Notes under the pieces: model-generated
What the model saw: the letters and a program-made list of their open reading frames with translations, nothing else
What the model was told of the DNA's origin: nothing
The model's database searches: none
IMG/VR virus record: IMGVR_UViG_3300046171_000156
Span: 1 to 60,427 of that record
Strand: one strand, 5' to 3'
DNA from: a virus
Taxonomy: Duplodnaviria > Caudoviricetes
DNA length: 60,427 nt
In this document: in pieces, positions 29,546-38,265 of the stretch
Position numbering within the stretch: position 1 is the first letter of the stretch
Layout: each line of letters begins with the position of its first letter
Translations under genes and position numbers: made by a program

Positions 29546-31176
29546 TGCATAGAAATATCGTTATAGGTCCTCCTGGCACAGGCAAGACAACTTATTTAAA
29601 AAACAAAGTACAAGAATTATTAAAGTCTGGTGCATGTACATCTCAACAGATTGGTTACTTTAGTTTTACGGTAAAAGCTGCTGAAGAAATTAGAGACAGA
29701 GTTATGTCAAATGAAAACATAAGCAAGGAACAAGTAAAGATTATGTTCCCCTACTTTTCTACGTTACATAGTTTAGCATACAGACGATTACAGTTACAGC
29801 AGGCACAGATCATGGATGATAATGATTATGCAGAACTATCACGCATGACAGGACATGAATATGTAAACAAGATGCGTAAAGGTAATGGTGTAGATATTGC
29901 CATGCCAACAGCAAAGAGTGAGTATCAAGACATTATTAATTTAGCATATGCAAAGTATCCTGATGATGAAGATAGGTTGCCTAAAATATTTAGAGAAACA
30001 ACACTCAACAACTACGGCGCACGGAACATGATAGAGCAAATGGATTTAGACTTGCGTAAGTTTAAAGAAGACAGAGATAAGTACGAGTACGTTGATTACT
30101 TTATAAATTTTATAAAAAATAAAAATGCACCGCAGTTAAAATATTTATTTATTGATGAAGCACAGGATCTATCTGCGCAGCAATGGCAAGTGGTTGACAT
30201 GCTACAAAGAGAATCTGGTGCAATAGAAACATATGTAGCTGGGGATGATGATCAAGCTATCTTTCGTTGGGCAGGTGCAGACATTGAACATTTTATAGCC
30301 ATGGCTAATGATGATAACAACACGATCATTCCTCTTACACAATCGTATCGTATACCTGTAAGTGTGCACAATATTGCCACAAAATTAGCACAGTCTATAT
30401 CGCAAAGAATACCAAAAGAATACAGACCTAGAGATGAAGAAGGAGTCAGAAAAGTCTTAAATATCAGACCTTTAAACAAAGGATTGGTAGAAGGTGAGTG
30501 GCTTATTTTATGTCGAACACATGAGATTGTGAAGCAAGTTTCTGAATCTTTAGAAGCATATGGTTGGTTGTATAAACGCTATGGATCATCCGTTATTAGT
30601 TTTAAATATATCGAAGCTATCAGAGCATGGACCAAGTTACAACGAGGTGAAGAAGTATCAGGTGTTGATTGTGATGTTTTATATCATCACATGGATAGCA
30701 CACGTATTAAAAGAAACTACGGTGTCTTTAAAGGACAACACGAAGGTTCATATAATTTAGAAACATTAATAAAAGATTATGGTCTGCGTGAAGAAGTAAA
30801 ACTATCAAGTACAAGAACAGCAAGTGTTAGAGATATAACCTGGTACGATATGTTAAACGGAAAAGGTTTGCGTAAAAGAATACCATACCTACGTTCTATT
30901 ATGCGTTCAGGAAATAAATTAGATGCAGTACCACGTATCGAAGTATCTACCATACACGCAAGCAAAGGTGGGGAGAGAGATAATGTTATGTTAATAACTG
31001 ATTTATCTTATGGTCCTTACAAGTCATCAACAGAAACACAACAGGGCAAAGATGATGAAGCCAGAGTGTTTTATGTAGGTGCAACAAGAGCGAAGAAAGA
31101 ATTACATATTGTTCATCGGACGGAAGGACAGTACGAATACGAACCTATATTTTTTTATGAACGACAAGCAAGTTGA
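29545..31176 (+). CDS. UvrD/Rep-family SF1 helicase
   Basis: GPPGTGKT, DEAQD, GDDDQAI, STIHASKGGE, YVGATRAK. Confidence 0.9.
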   Translation: MHRNIVIGPPGTGKTTYLKNKVQELLKSGACTSQQIGYFSFTVKAAEEIRDRVMSNENISKEQVKIMFPYFSTLHSLAYRRLQLQQAQIMDDNDYAELSRMTGHEYVNKMRKGNGVDIAMPTAKSEYQDIINLAYAKYPDDEDRLPKIFRETTLNNYGARNMIEQMDLDLRKFKEDRDKYEYVDYFINFIKNKNAPQLKYLFIDEAQDLSAQQWQVVDMLQRESGAIETYVAGDDDQAIFRWAGADIEHFIAMANDDNNTIIPLTQSYRIPVSVHNIATKLAQSISQRIPKEYRPRDEEGVRKVLNIRPLNKGLVEGEWLILCRTHEIVKQVSESLEAYGWLYKRYGSSVISFKYIEAIRAWTKLQRGEEVSGVDCDVLYHHMDSTRIKRNYGVFKGQHEGSYNLETLIKDYGLREEVKLSSTRTASVRDITWYDMLNGKGLRKRIPYLRSIMRSGNKLDAVPRIEVSTIHASKGGERDNVMLITDLSYGPYKSSTETQQGKDDEARVFYVGATRAKKELHIVHRTEGQYEYEPIFFYERQAS

Positions 31177-31303
31177 AGACTTTATAGATAAACTAAACAA
31201 GCAAGCTGCGAAGCATCTTGTGAAGTTAGGTGTTGGTAAAGACTGGAAAAAGATTTATGAAGGAATGAAAAGAAGAAGGAAGAAACGTGAAAGATCAACC
31301 TAA
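31157..31303 (+). CDS. Small hypothetical protein
   Basis: MNDKQVEDFIDKLNKQ..., fills gap between helicase and polymerase. Confidence 0.45.
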   Translation: MNDKQVEDFIDKLNKQAAKHLVKLGVGKDWKKIYEGMKRRRKKRERST

Positions 31304-33164
31304 TTGGTTTCCCAAAGTACATCGCATGCCTAGTGAATGGGTTATGCCTGATACATTCCCTGATCTATCTGGTTATGACGAGATAGCAATTGATTTAGAG
31401 ACACGCGATCCTGGTATTAAAGATACAGGACCAGGATACATACGTAAGCACGGCGAAGTAGTTGGTATTGCTGTAGCTGTAGACGGGTGGCAAGCATACT
31501 ATCCCATTGCTCACGAAACACCGCCCAATATGGATAAAGAGATAGTTACACGCTGGCTTCGTAAGCAGTGTTCATACGAGTCTGTCAACTATATATTTCA
31601 TAATGCGTTCTATGATGTTGGTTGGTTAACGACAATGGATATTGACATCAAGGGAAAAATAATAGACACTCTAATTGCAGCACCACTCGTAGATGAGAAT
31701 AGGTTCAGATTTGATTTAAACTCATTAGCAAAAGATTATCTACAAGAGTCAAAATCGCAAGCCCAACTCTACGAAGCTGCAAAGATGTGGGGCCTAGATC
31801 CGAAAGGTGAAATGTGGAAGCTTCCCGCCTCACATGTTGGAGAATACGCAGAACAGGATGCCGCTGTAACGCTACGCTTATGGCATCACTTACGTTTAAA
31901 GATACAAGAACAAAACTTAATAAATATATTTGAATTAGAAACTGATTTGTTTCCTGTTTTATTTAAGATGAAACAAAAAGGTGTTAGAGTTGATTTAGAC
32001 AAAGCGGAGACAATTAAGAATGACTTACAAGAACAAGAAAACAAATTACTCAGATCCATTAAAAAACTTTCTGGAGTGGACGTCGAAGTCTGGGCTGCCA
32101 CCAGTGTGGCAACGGCGTTTGATAAACTTTCACTGCCGTATGATCGTACTCCAACAGGACAACCAAAGTTTGACAAGAACTTTCTGTCGACACATGATTC
32201 CCCTCTCGCTAAAATGGTTGTGGAGTGTCGTGAGATTAACAAAGCGAGAACCACGTTCATTGAGAGTATCACCAAGCATTCGTACCGAGGCAGGATACAT
32301 GCTGAGATCCACCAAATGCGTTCCGACCAAGGAGGAACAGTAACAGGTAGGTTTAGTTATAGTAATCCGAACTTACAGCAAATACCAGCACGGCACGGGA
32401 TCCTCGGACCCCTGATCAGAAGTATATTTATACCTGAAAAGAATTGTGAGTGGGGTATCTTTGATTACTCGCAACAAGAACCACGGCTCGTGGTTCACTA
32501 CGCAAGCCTACGTCATTTTACAGGTGCAGATAAGTTTGTTGATTCATACAATGAAGATGAGACAACGGACTTTCATACGATGGTATCGGAGATGGCTGAC
32601 ATCCCTCGTAAACAAGCAAAGACAATTAACCTTGGTTTGTTTTATGGTATGGGTAAAGGTAAGCTGATGTCACAGCTCGGTGTTGATCAAGAGACAGCGA
32701 GTGATCTTTTGGCAGCCTACAATGATCGTGTACCTTTTGTTAAGCAATTGATGAATGATACAATGAACAAAGCTGGTAAGAAGGGTTATCTATTTACACA
32801 TGAAGGCAGACGTTGTCGGTTTGACTTGTGGGAACCTACGAATGAATGGGGTAAGAAAGCACTGCCCTTGGACCAAGCACAAAGAGAATATGGCGAACAT
32901 ATGATTAAACGTGCCTGGACATACAAAGCTTTAAATAGATTGATACAAGGCTCTGCGGCTGATCAAACAAAGAAAGCGATGTTAGAATTAGCCAAAGAAG
33001 GCTACCTGGCTCACATACAAGTACATGATGAACTTGACTTTTCTGTTGCAAGCGATGCAGATAAGGCTAAGATTAAAGACATTATGGAAAACTGTGTTGA
33101 ACTAGCCGTCCCAAGTAAAGTCGACGTTGAATGCGGTGACAACTGGGGCGATGCAGGTGATTAA
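31287..33164 (+). CDS. polA: DNA polymerase family A (3'-5' exonuclease plus polymerase)
   Basis: IDLET, HNAFYD, YAEQD exo motifs; TGRFS..NPNLQQIP, DYSQQEPR, KTINLGLFYG, QVHDEL. Confidence 0.95.
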   Translation: MKDQPNWFPKVHRMPSEWVMPDTFPDLSGYDEIAIDLETRDPGIKDTGPGYIRKHGEVVGIAVAVDGWQAYYPIAHETPPNMDKEIVTRWLRKQCSYESVNYIFHNAFYDVGWLTTMDIDIKGKIIDTLIAAPLVDENRFRFDLNSLAKDYLQESKSQAQLYEAAKMWGLDPKGEMWKLPASHVGEYAEQDAAVTLRLWHHLRLKIQEQNLINIFELETDLFPVLFKMKQKGVRVDLDKAETIKNDLQEQENKLLRSIKKLSGVDVEVWAATSVATAFDKLSLPYDRTPTGQPKFDKNFLSTHDSPLAKMVVECREINKARTTFIESITKHSYRGRIHAEIHQMRSDQGGTVTGRFSYSNPNLQQIPARHGILGPLIRSIFIPEKNCEWGIFDYSQQEPRLVVHYASLRHFTGADKFVDSYNEDETTDFHTMVSEMADIPRKQAKTINLGLFYGMGKGKLMSQLGVDQETASDLLAAYNDRVPFVKQLMNDTMNKAGKKGYLFTHEGRRCRFDLWEPTNEWGKKALPLDQAQREYGEHMIKRAWTYKALNRLIQGSAADQTKKAMLELAKEGYLAHIQVHDELDFSVASDADKAKIKDIMENCVELAVPSKVDVECGDNWGDAGD

Positions 33165-33360
33165 AACATTTATATTAGTTGTAAGTTTGTGGGGTTATAA
33201 TGGTAATGCATGGGTATATACTGGTAATCAGATGGTGCTCAAAGAACCAATGCCCAAGGAACAGTGTGAAACAATCGCGGCTAACTGGCAAAAGTTTGAG
33301 ATGAATAAGTATTTTCGTTTTTCTATAGAATGTATTGAAGATATTAGAAAAGAAACTTGA
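33157..33360 (+). CDS. Small hypothetical protein
   Basis: GTG start overlapping polA end; two Cys. Confidence 0.5.
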   Translation: MIKTFILVVSLWGYNGNAWVYTGNQMVLKEPMPKEQCETIAANWQKFEMNKYFRFSIECIEDIRKET

Positions 33361-33384
33361 CACTCCCATTAAATTAGATTAAAG
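33356..33384 (+). promoter_or_regulatory. Sigma70-type promoter containing inverted operator TCCCAT-taa-ATTAGA
   Basis: CTTGAC at 33356; operator at 33364-33378 is the reverse complement of the motif in the early promoters; -10 weak. Confidence 0.55.
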
Positions 33385-33396
33385 AAACAATTAAAT

Positions 33397-33577
33397 GAGA
33401 ATGGTGCAACATTCTCGGAGTATGGCCGAATAACTGTAACAAGGTAGTAAGGCATGGTCTTCACAAGGTATGGTCGCATGACTGAGGGTGTGAGGGTTGG
33501 TACTGAAGTAGTAGTTAAGCTAGGACAGTTTGACTTGTCGCGAAAAGGTTGGGGGTAGTCAAAGAATCCCCCTACTC
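33397..33577 (+). ncRNA. Candidate structured RNA (leader or sRNA)
   Basis: ORF-free, G-rich; hairpin GAGAATG/CATTCTC, closing GAGTA(33418)/TACTC(33573), stems GACA/TGTC and GGGGG/CCCCC. Confidence 0.5.
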
Positions 33578-33597
33578 ACTTTTAGAAAGGATAAAGC

Positions 33598-33897
33598 ATG
33601 AAACTTAAAAGAGAATATGAGATGACGTTCAAAGAAGGATTTCGTCTTGGGGTTCGTTTAACGCGAGCGAAAGCGTATATAGAAAATGCACGCGATGCAA
33701 AGAGACTTGATGATGATGCAATGGCAAAACTTTTTATGGAGTTTGCTCAAGATTGGAGTGAGTTGGCACGCAATGCAGGTAGGAAGTTTACACCGACCGC
33801 GGCTCACGACCCAGAACAGTCTGCTTTCGATTTTGGTGACATTGAAATGCAGGAGCATTTATCAAAGTTGCCATTTAAATTAAAGGAGACAGGATGA
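33598..33897 (+). CDS. Hypothetical protein
   Basis: 99 aa, SD GAAAGGA. Confidence 0.6.
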   Translation: MKLKREYEMTFKEGFRLGVRLTRAKAYIENARDAKRLDDDAMAKLFMEFAQDWSELARNAGRKFTPTAAHDPEQSAFDFGDIEMQEHLSKLPFKLKETG

Positions 33898-34043
33898 ACA
33901 TCAAGAAGTTTAAAAGTGTGGCAGTCGCCATTGATACTTATAAATTGTTGAAGAAGATAGCCGCCGCCGACGATAGGTCGGCAGGTATGCAAATAACGTA
34001 TTTAGTAAAACAAGAAGCAAAGAAAAGAAAACTAGCAGCATGA
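33894..34043 (+). CDS. Ribbon-helix-helix DNA-binding protein (49 aa, missed by ORF track)
   Basis: MNIKKFKSVAVAIDTYKLLKKIAAADDRSAGMQITYLVKQEAKKRKLAA*; SD AAGGAG; ATGA overlaps at both ends. Confidence 0.65.
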   Translation: MNIKKFKSVAVAIDTYKLLKKIAAADDRSAGMQITYLVKQEAKKRKLAA

Positions 34044-34228
34044 GAACAGACACACTAATGCCAAAATTTAGGTCGTATAGAAAATTTAAACCAGAATGGA
34101 AGTATGAGAAGAAGTGTTGCAAAGAGTGTGATAGAGAGTATCTCACGGATAATATGATGGGAACCTATTTAGAAGGAAAGATCTATACCTGGTTCTGTAT
34201 TCGATGTTACAACTTTCTAAAACCTTAA
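34040..34228 (+). CDS. Small zinc-finger protein
   Basis: CKEC...CIRC. Confidence 0.55.
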   Translation: MRTDTLMPKFRSYRKFKPEWKYEKKCCKECDREYLTDNMMGTYLEGKIYTWFCIRCYNFLKP

Positions 34229-34410
34229 TAATTTGTGTCACGATTGTGGCGTGTGTGTGGTTATGGACCTCGCACTCGCCCTTTCGTTTATATGTAAATG
34301 ATTGTACAAAGAATAGAATATACAGCACAGAGTATTGTATTTGGATGTACATGGAGATGAGAAAGGAAGAATCATGGCTAAGAAAAATCCTCTTAGAACT
34401 CGGCTATTGA
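34204..34410 (+). CDS. Small membrane-anchored hypothetical protein
   Basis: N-terminal hydrophobic helix. Confidence 0.45.
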   Translation: MLQLSKTLIICVTIVACVWLWTSHSPFRLYVNDCTKNRIYSTEYCIWMYMEMRKEESWLRKILLELGY

Positions 34411-34541
34411 AAGAATATGCTAGATTGTCTAAGATAGCGGTACGCGAACCACGGAACGGCAAAGAGATGTTTGTCCGTATGCGTTGGGAAAAGATTAGAA
34501 ACATATTATGGAGGCGTTATGATTATATGCAGTCATTGTAA
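34374..34541 (+). CDS. Small basic hypothetical protein
   Basis: MAKKNPLRTRLLKEY..., SD AAAGGA. Confidence 0.45.
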   Translation: MAKKNPLRTRLLKEYARLSKIAVREPRNGKEMFVRMRWEKIRNILWRRYDYMQSL

Positions 34542-34743
34542 AGGGAATGGGTTTATCAAATTATCATTCGAAGCAGAGCAATCCATTGAGCAGTGTACGG
34601 TTTGTCACTCACAAGGGGAACTCGATGAAACTAAGTATTACCACCAAACGTGGACAGAGGGCGCTGAAGATTCCATCGCGATCTACTATGGACCTCCCTT
34701 GGACCCCGAATCATTCAAAAACTACACGATTTCGGGAGAGTAA
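34519..34743 (+). CDS. DnaJ-type zinc-finger protein
   Basis: CSHCKGNG and CTVCHSQG; SD GGAGG at 34510. Confidence 0.6.
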   Translation: MIICSHCKGNGFIKLSFEAEQSIEQCTVCHSQGELDETKYYHQTWTEGAEDSIAIYYGPPLDPESFKNYTISGE

Positions 34744-34786
34744 GCCTGTTGTAGAAGTTAAAAAGGGACAAGAACCACCCTTTTAG

Positions 34787-34815
34787 TTGCGTAAAACGCA
34801 ATAATATACTATATT
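34787..34815 (+). promoter_or_regulatory. Sigma70-type promoter
   Basis: TTGCGT-N17-TATATT, with palindrome TTGCGTaaaACGCAA over the -35. Confidence 0.45.
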
Positions 34816-34878
34816 TAGTAGAAATTTTTTTCATAAAGCCCCTGTTAAGACTCCGATGGTCATACGGGGGTTTGAAAG

Positions 34879-35097
34879 ATGCTTATGAGTGATCAAGAGA
34901 TTTTAAAGCAGCGAGACTTACTAGACACGCTTCTCGCAACACGGACCAGTCAATACGAACGAGTTAAATCCATCAAAGTTATGGATTCTATTTATTTTAA
35001 GAAGAAGTTACCGAAGAATGTAATATTATTCCCATTACAAAGGATCAAACGCTATGTACATCACCCTACCAGACAGTCCAGTAAGAAAAATATTTAA
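34879..35097 (+). CDS. Hypothetical protein
   Basis: 72 aa, NVILFP motif. Confidence 0.5.
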   Translation: MLMSDQEILKQRDLLDTLLATRTSQYERVKSIKVMDSIYFKKKLPKNVILFPLQRIKRYVHHPTRQSSKKNI

Positions 35098-35254
35098 GTG
35101 TGATAGTTGCGAAAACTACCACATAAAATTCTTTGATCCAAAGCATGACAGGACATATACCCCATCAGAATGGGAGCAAATAGTTACTGATGGCAAGGAT
35201 GCTTTGTATAAAGCACTGCGTGTAGTGCGTGAAGATCCTAAGTTTTTTGCATAA
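35054..35254 (+). CDS. Hypothetical protein
   Basis: 66 aa, CDSC, SD AAGGA. Confidence 0.5.
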   Translation: MYITLPDSPVRKIFKCDSCENYHIKFFDPKHDRTYTPSEWEQIVTDGKDALYKALRVVREDPKFFA

Positions 35255-35315
35255 ACACCCCTTTCTATAGATGTTTTTACCCAGATAGAGTAACACTCTC
35301 TTCTACGCTAGAACA

Positions 35316-35402
35316 CAAGTTACCAAGTTACCAAGTTACAACCCTTATCAGCTACCAAATAAAGGTAACTTAGAGGTAACTTACACATTTATAGAAGTTA
35401 CC
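35316..35402. repeat. Iteron-like AAGTTAC cluster
   Basis: CAAGTTAC x3 tandem (35316, 35324, 35332), inverted AGGTAACTTA x2 (35363, 35374), AAGTTACC at 35395. Confidence 0.75.
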
Positions 35403-35493
35403 TTTTTTATATTTACAAACATAACTCGCATTGCATGAGATGATTAAATATTGTATAGTTTCTGGGAAGAAACATCTATTGAACAGGTGCATT

Positions 35494-36030
35494 ATGGAAG
35501 AAAACAAAGAATTACAAGAACAAGTACATATACCAGAAGCGTTGTCAGATGCATTGTTTCACCCTAAGATTACAGGCAAGCAACGTAAGTTTGCATTATT
35601 ATTAGTTCACTCTGAAGGTTTGCATACTGCTACTCATTGTGCGATTCAGGCTGGGTACGCAAAAGATTCTGCCGTTGTGAGAGCCAGCGAACTTCAGCAT
35701 CCTGAGAAATATCCTTTGGTTGCAAAAGCAATTGAATCTGAGAGGCGAGCTATTGTTGAGAGATACAAATGTACTCAGGAAAGATCATTGTCTACATTGG
35801 CAAGAATTAGAGATAAGGCTAGTGAGTCAGGAAACTGGAACGCTGCCGTAGCTGCGGAGACCAGGCGTGGTCAGATAGCTGGGTTGTATGTGGACAAGAA
35901 AGAAATTCTTACAGGTACGATTGATTCGATGTCGAGAGATGAGGTAGAGAAGAAACTGCAAGACTTGAAGGAGCAGTACAGTATTGAAACTTCGTTTGAG
36001 GAAATTAAAGAATTAGAAAATAAGTCTTGA
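35494..36030 (+). CDS. terS: Terminase small subunit
   Basis: ITGKQRKF...ATHCAIQAGYAKDSA...ASEL HTH; AVAAE..RG..AGLY. Confidence 0.8.
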   Translation: MEENKELQEQVHIPEALSDALFHPKITGKQRKFALLLVHSEGLHTATHCAIQAGYAKDSAVVRASELQHPEKYPLVAKAIESERRAIVERYKCTQERSLSTLARIRDKASESGNWNAAVAAETRRGQIAGLYVDKKEILTGTIDSMSRDEVEKKLQDLKEQYSIETSFEEIKELENKS

Positions 36031-36054
36031 CTATAAAATAGAATGGGACTATAT
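36026..36054 (+). promoter_or_regulatory. Early promoter P1 with ATGGGA operator half-site
   Basis: CTTGAC-tataaaatagaatggga-CTATAT (N17). Confidence 0.75.
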
Positions 36055-36175
36055 AGGTTTTAGAGCATCTAAACACTGGCGACTGTGGATATACTGGGTC
36101 GCACTTGTTAGTCTTGTATATTCATTTGTTCTCTAGTAGCCGAGCTAGTTCCCTTCGGCAAGAAAAGGAGAAAGT

Positions 36176-36349
36176 ATGTTAGCTATAATTAGACCAGACT
36201 TGTATGAGTATACTGCATTACCTATGACAGACGATTTGTTCTGGCGTAGAGTAGAAAACTTGAGGCGTGCAGCGCTGACTGCTGAAGACTTTGAGTTTAG
36301 GTTGTTGTATTATAATCAAATGATGGAACTAATGAAGAGGTGTCCATGA
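36176..36349 (+). CDS. Early hypothetical protein (57 aa)
   Basis: MLAIIRPDLYEYTALPMTDDLFWRRVENLRRAA...; SD AAGGAG. Confidence 0.6.
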   Translation: MLAIIRPDLYEYTALPMTDDLFWRRVENLRRAALTAEDFEFRLLYYNQMMELMKRCP

Positions 36350-36441
36350 AGGAAATGGTATTTGGATTATTAATATTAGGTGGCTTCAAAGTATTAATTA
36401 TTCTTGCTTGCTTACTACTTGGCTTGTTGTATATTTTGTGA
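36346..36441 (+). CDS. Hydrophobic peptide (31 aa)
   Basis: MKEMVFGLLILGGFKVLIILACLLLGLLYIL*; ATGA and GTGA overlaps; SD GAGG. Confidence 0.5.
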   Translation: MKEMVFGLLILGGFKVLIILACLLLGLLYIL

Positions 36442-36860
36442 AACCCGAGAGTAAATTTTGGAAACAGGTAAAAGAAAATTTGCCTGATATTCACTGGACT
36501 AGGTTTGAAAACTGGGCAGCGCAGGGTGTACCAGATTGTTATGGTATTTGTGATGGTGTATCAATTTGGGTGGAGCTAAAAGTAATTACAAGTAATAAAA
36601 TAAATTTAAGTCCCTTTCAAAAATCGTGGAATTTTAACCATAGTTTACAAGGCGGAAGGAACTTTATTATAGCCACGACCTTCCCTCAAAGCTTACTGTA
36701 TATCTTTGGGGGTATCGTGGCTCCCTCCATTGGCTCCATTGCCAACCTTCCCCCAGACCATTGGGTAGTTGACATGGTGCACGACCAGCGTCCCTGGCAG
36801 CAGGTGCGGGAGATCTTGCTCCATTGCCCATTGCCGTCAAACGTCAAGCCCAGCCTATAG
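36438..36860 (+). CDS. PD-(D/E)xK nuclease (VRR-NUC / Holliday-junction resolvase-like)
   Basis: GTG start, MKPESKFW...GVPD...WVELK...LSPFQKSW. Confidence 0.7.
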   Translation: MKPESKFWKQVKENLPDIHWTRFENWAAQGVPDCYGICDGVSIWVELKVITSNKINLSPFQKSWNFNHSLQGGRNFIIATTFPQSLLYIFGGIVAPSIGSIANLPPDHWVVDMVHDQRPWQQVREILLHCPLPSNVKPSL

Positions 36861-37080
36861 TTTAGTTCGCATGTGTCCCAGCAGCTGATGCAGCTCACCT
36901 TCGTTCCATTGCCCAGAAACCCTAGCATTTCTCTACCATTAGTTATCCTGGTGTCCCGCAGCGGAACCTGCCAGGAAGCTACGCTGGTAACTCCATTGCC
37001 CATCACCGTGATCCACGACCTCTGGTACTATAGTAAGTTCAGGACTGGCAGCACCTGCAGCTCAGGAGCTGAAGTGCTGG
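36734..37080 (+). repeat. Four degenerate tandem units, period 85/85/87 bp
   Basis: YTCCATTGCC at 36734, 36819, 36904, 36991, each followed by a TAGT AT patch and a GCAGC-rich arm. Confidence 0.7.
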
Positions 37081-37101
37081 TAAATTATTTACCAATTAAC
37101 T

Positions 37102-37130
37102 CTTGACTATCTAATAAGATGGGACTATAT
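37102..37130 (+). promoter_or_regulatory. Early promoter P2 with operator TCTAATaagATGGGA
   Basis: CTTGAC-N17-CTATAT. Confidence 0.75.
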
Positions 37131-37245
37131 AGATACATGTGGCTACTGAATCCGTTTAGAAGTTTTGCAAACGGCTACACAAATTAGGGGCTGATAAGCG
37201 TACATAAGGAATCCGAGCGTCAGCCCCACTAGAAAGGAACAACAT

Positions 37246-37584
37246 ATGCATATTGCATCAGAAAGAAGCACCAACCCGCGGTGCGTAGACTTAGTACAAG
37301 AACAGTGGAAGCAGAGACAGCAGGACCTGAAAGACCCTGAGTACGAGGCGCTTGGCTTCGACTATGTTGAACCGCATACATGGGACAACCAACCAGAGGG
37401 CTACTGGCGTTGGCAGTTTAGCTGGGGCGGACCCAGCGATGAGCTCCGCGGGTATGTTAACGAACACCGCGAACTACATCGCTTAGAATACTGGTACCTG
37501 GACTGGGGAGATGGCGCGCATGTGCTGGTGAACCAGGACGCAGCTGCCTGGACACAGATGCAGGAAATGGTGCATTGTTCATGA
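37246..37584 (+). CDS. Early hypothetical protein (FSWGGPSDELR motif)
   Basis: 112 aa, SD GAAAGGA, Trp-rich. Confidence 0.65.
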   Translation: MHIASERSTNPRCVDLVQEQWKQRQQDLKDPEYEALGFDYVEPHTWDNQPEGYWRWQFSWGGPSDELRGYVNEHRELHRLEYWYLDWGDGAHVLVNQDAAAWTQMQEMVHCS

Positions 37585-37673
37585 ACTGGATGATAATCAC
37601 AGGTCTATTATTATTGTTTGCAGCATCCCCGCCAGGGCTGCTGCTGCTGAAGATTGTTGTGCATGTGCTTTGA
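37581..37673 (+). CDS. Hydrophobic peptide (30 aa)
   Basis: MNWMIITGLLLLFAASPPGLLLLKIVVHVL*; ATGA overlap. Confidence 0.4.
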   Translation: MNWMIITGLLLLFAASPPGLLLLKIVVHVL

Positions 37674-37677
37674 GGCG

Positions 37678-37760
37678 CATTGCGCATTGCTGCGACTCAG
37701 GTCGCGCGTTACTATAGTTAGTTTAGCTGCAGCAGGTAACGGGGGTGGCACGGAAGTTCC
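37678..37760 (+). repeat. Single copy of the early-region degenerate unit
   Basis: CATTGCGCATTGC...CTATAGTTAGTT...GCTGCAGCAGG...GGAAGTT. Confidence 0.55.
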
Positions 37761-37787
37761 TGTGGAAAAAAAAAAATAAAATAAACT

Positions 37788-37815
37788 ATTGACTTCTAAT
37801 AAAATGGGATTATAT
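37788..37815 (+). promoter_or_regulatory. Early promoter P3 with operator TCTAATaaaATGGGA and poly-A UP element
   Basis: ATTGAC-N16-TTATAT. Confidence 0.7.
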
Positions 37816-37851
37816 AAGATATATTAACTAGAAAGACGAAAGGAAAATAAA

Positions 37852-38265
37852 ATGTCAAAAGCTGTTAATATAATTGAAGTACTAGAAAAGGCACAACAAA
37901 GCCCAGCTAGTGTAAGTAAAAGAAATAAACAAGCTATCGTTGACGCTTATGGTCGAGCGTTGACAATGCAGAAAGTTCTAGCAGACTTTATTAAAGTCAA
38001 CAGACAACTGATGATAGACTTGTCTATGAGCGAGAACGCTAATCTATTACATGGGAGGGATTACTCACTTCATGTTTCACAAAAACTCGGTGCTAAGATT
38101 GACACGCAGTTGGTCAAGGAGAAACTTGGCGAGATTGCGTATCATCAATGCAAAGTACCAACGCAATATAAACAAATACAAGCTATGCCTTTATCGGAAA
38201 GCACAGTATCACGAAACAAAAAAGCTACGATCGATGAAGTAGCTGATTTCAGAATTTCCGCTTAG
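37852..38265 (+). CDS. Early hypothetical protein
   Basis: 137 aa, SD GAAAGGA. Confidence 0.65.
   Translation: MSKAVNIIEVLEKAQQSPASVSKRNKQAIVDAYGRALTMQKVLADFIKVNRQLMIDLSMSENANLLHGRDYSLHVSQKLGAKIDTQLVKEKLGEIAYHQCKVPTQYKQIQAMPLSESTVSRNKKATIDEVADFRISA

Noticed and set aside
36057-36066. GTTTTAGAGC, matching the start of the type II-A CRISPR repeat
   Set aside because: Only 10 nt match, single copy, explained as part of a local hairpin
36734-37080. CRISPR mini-array
   Set aside because: Conserved anchor is only about 10 nt, linkers are about 75 nt and share motifs with each other, and there are no cas genes
36873-37106. 77-aa ORF (and antisense 36686-37006) across the repeat array
   Set aside because: No SD, atypical composition, probably a by-product of GC-rich repeats; cannot be fully excluded
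37187-37227. Hammerhead ribozyme (CTGATAAG)
   Set aside because: No GAAA core or three-stem junction; CTGA is itself paired in the stem
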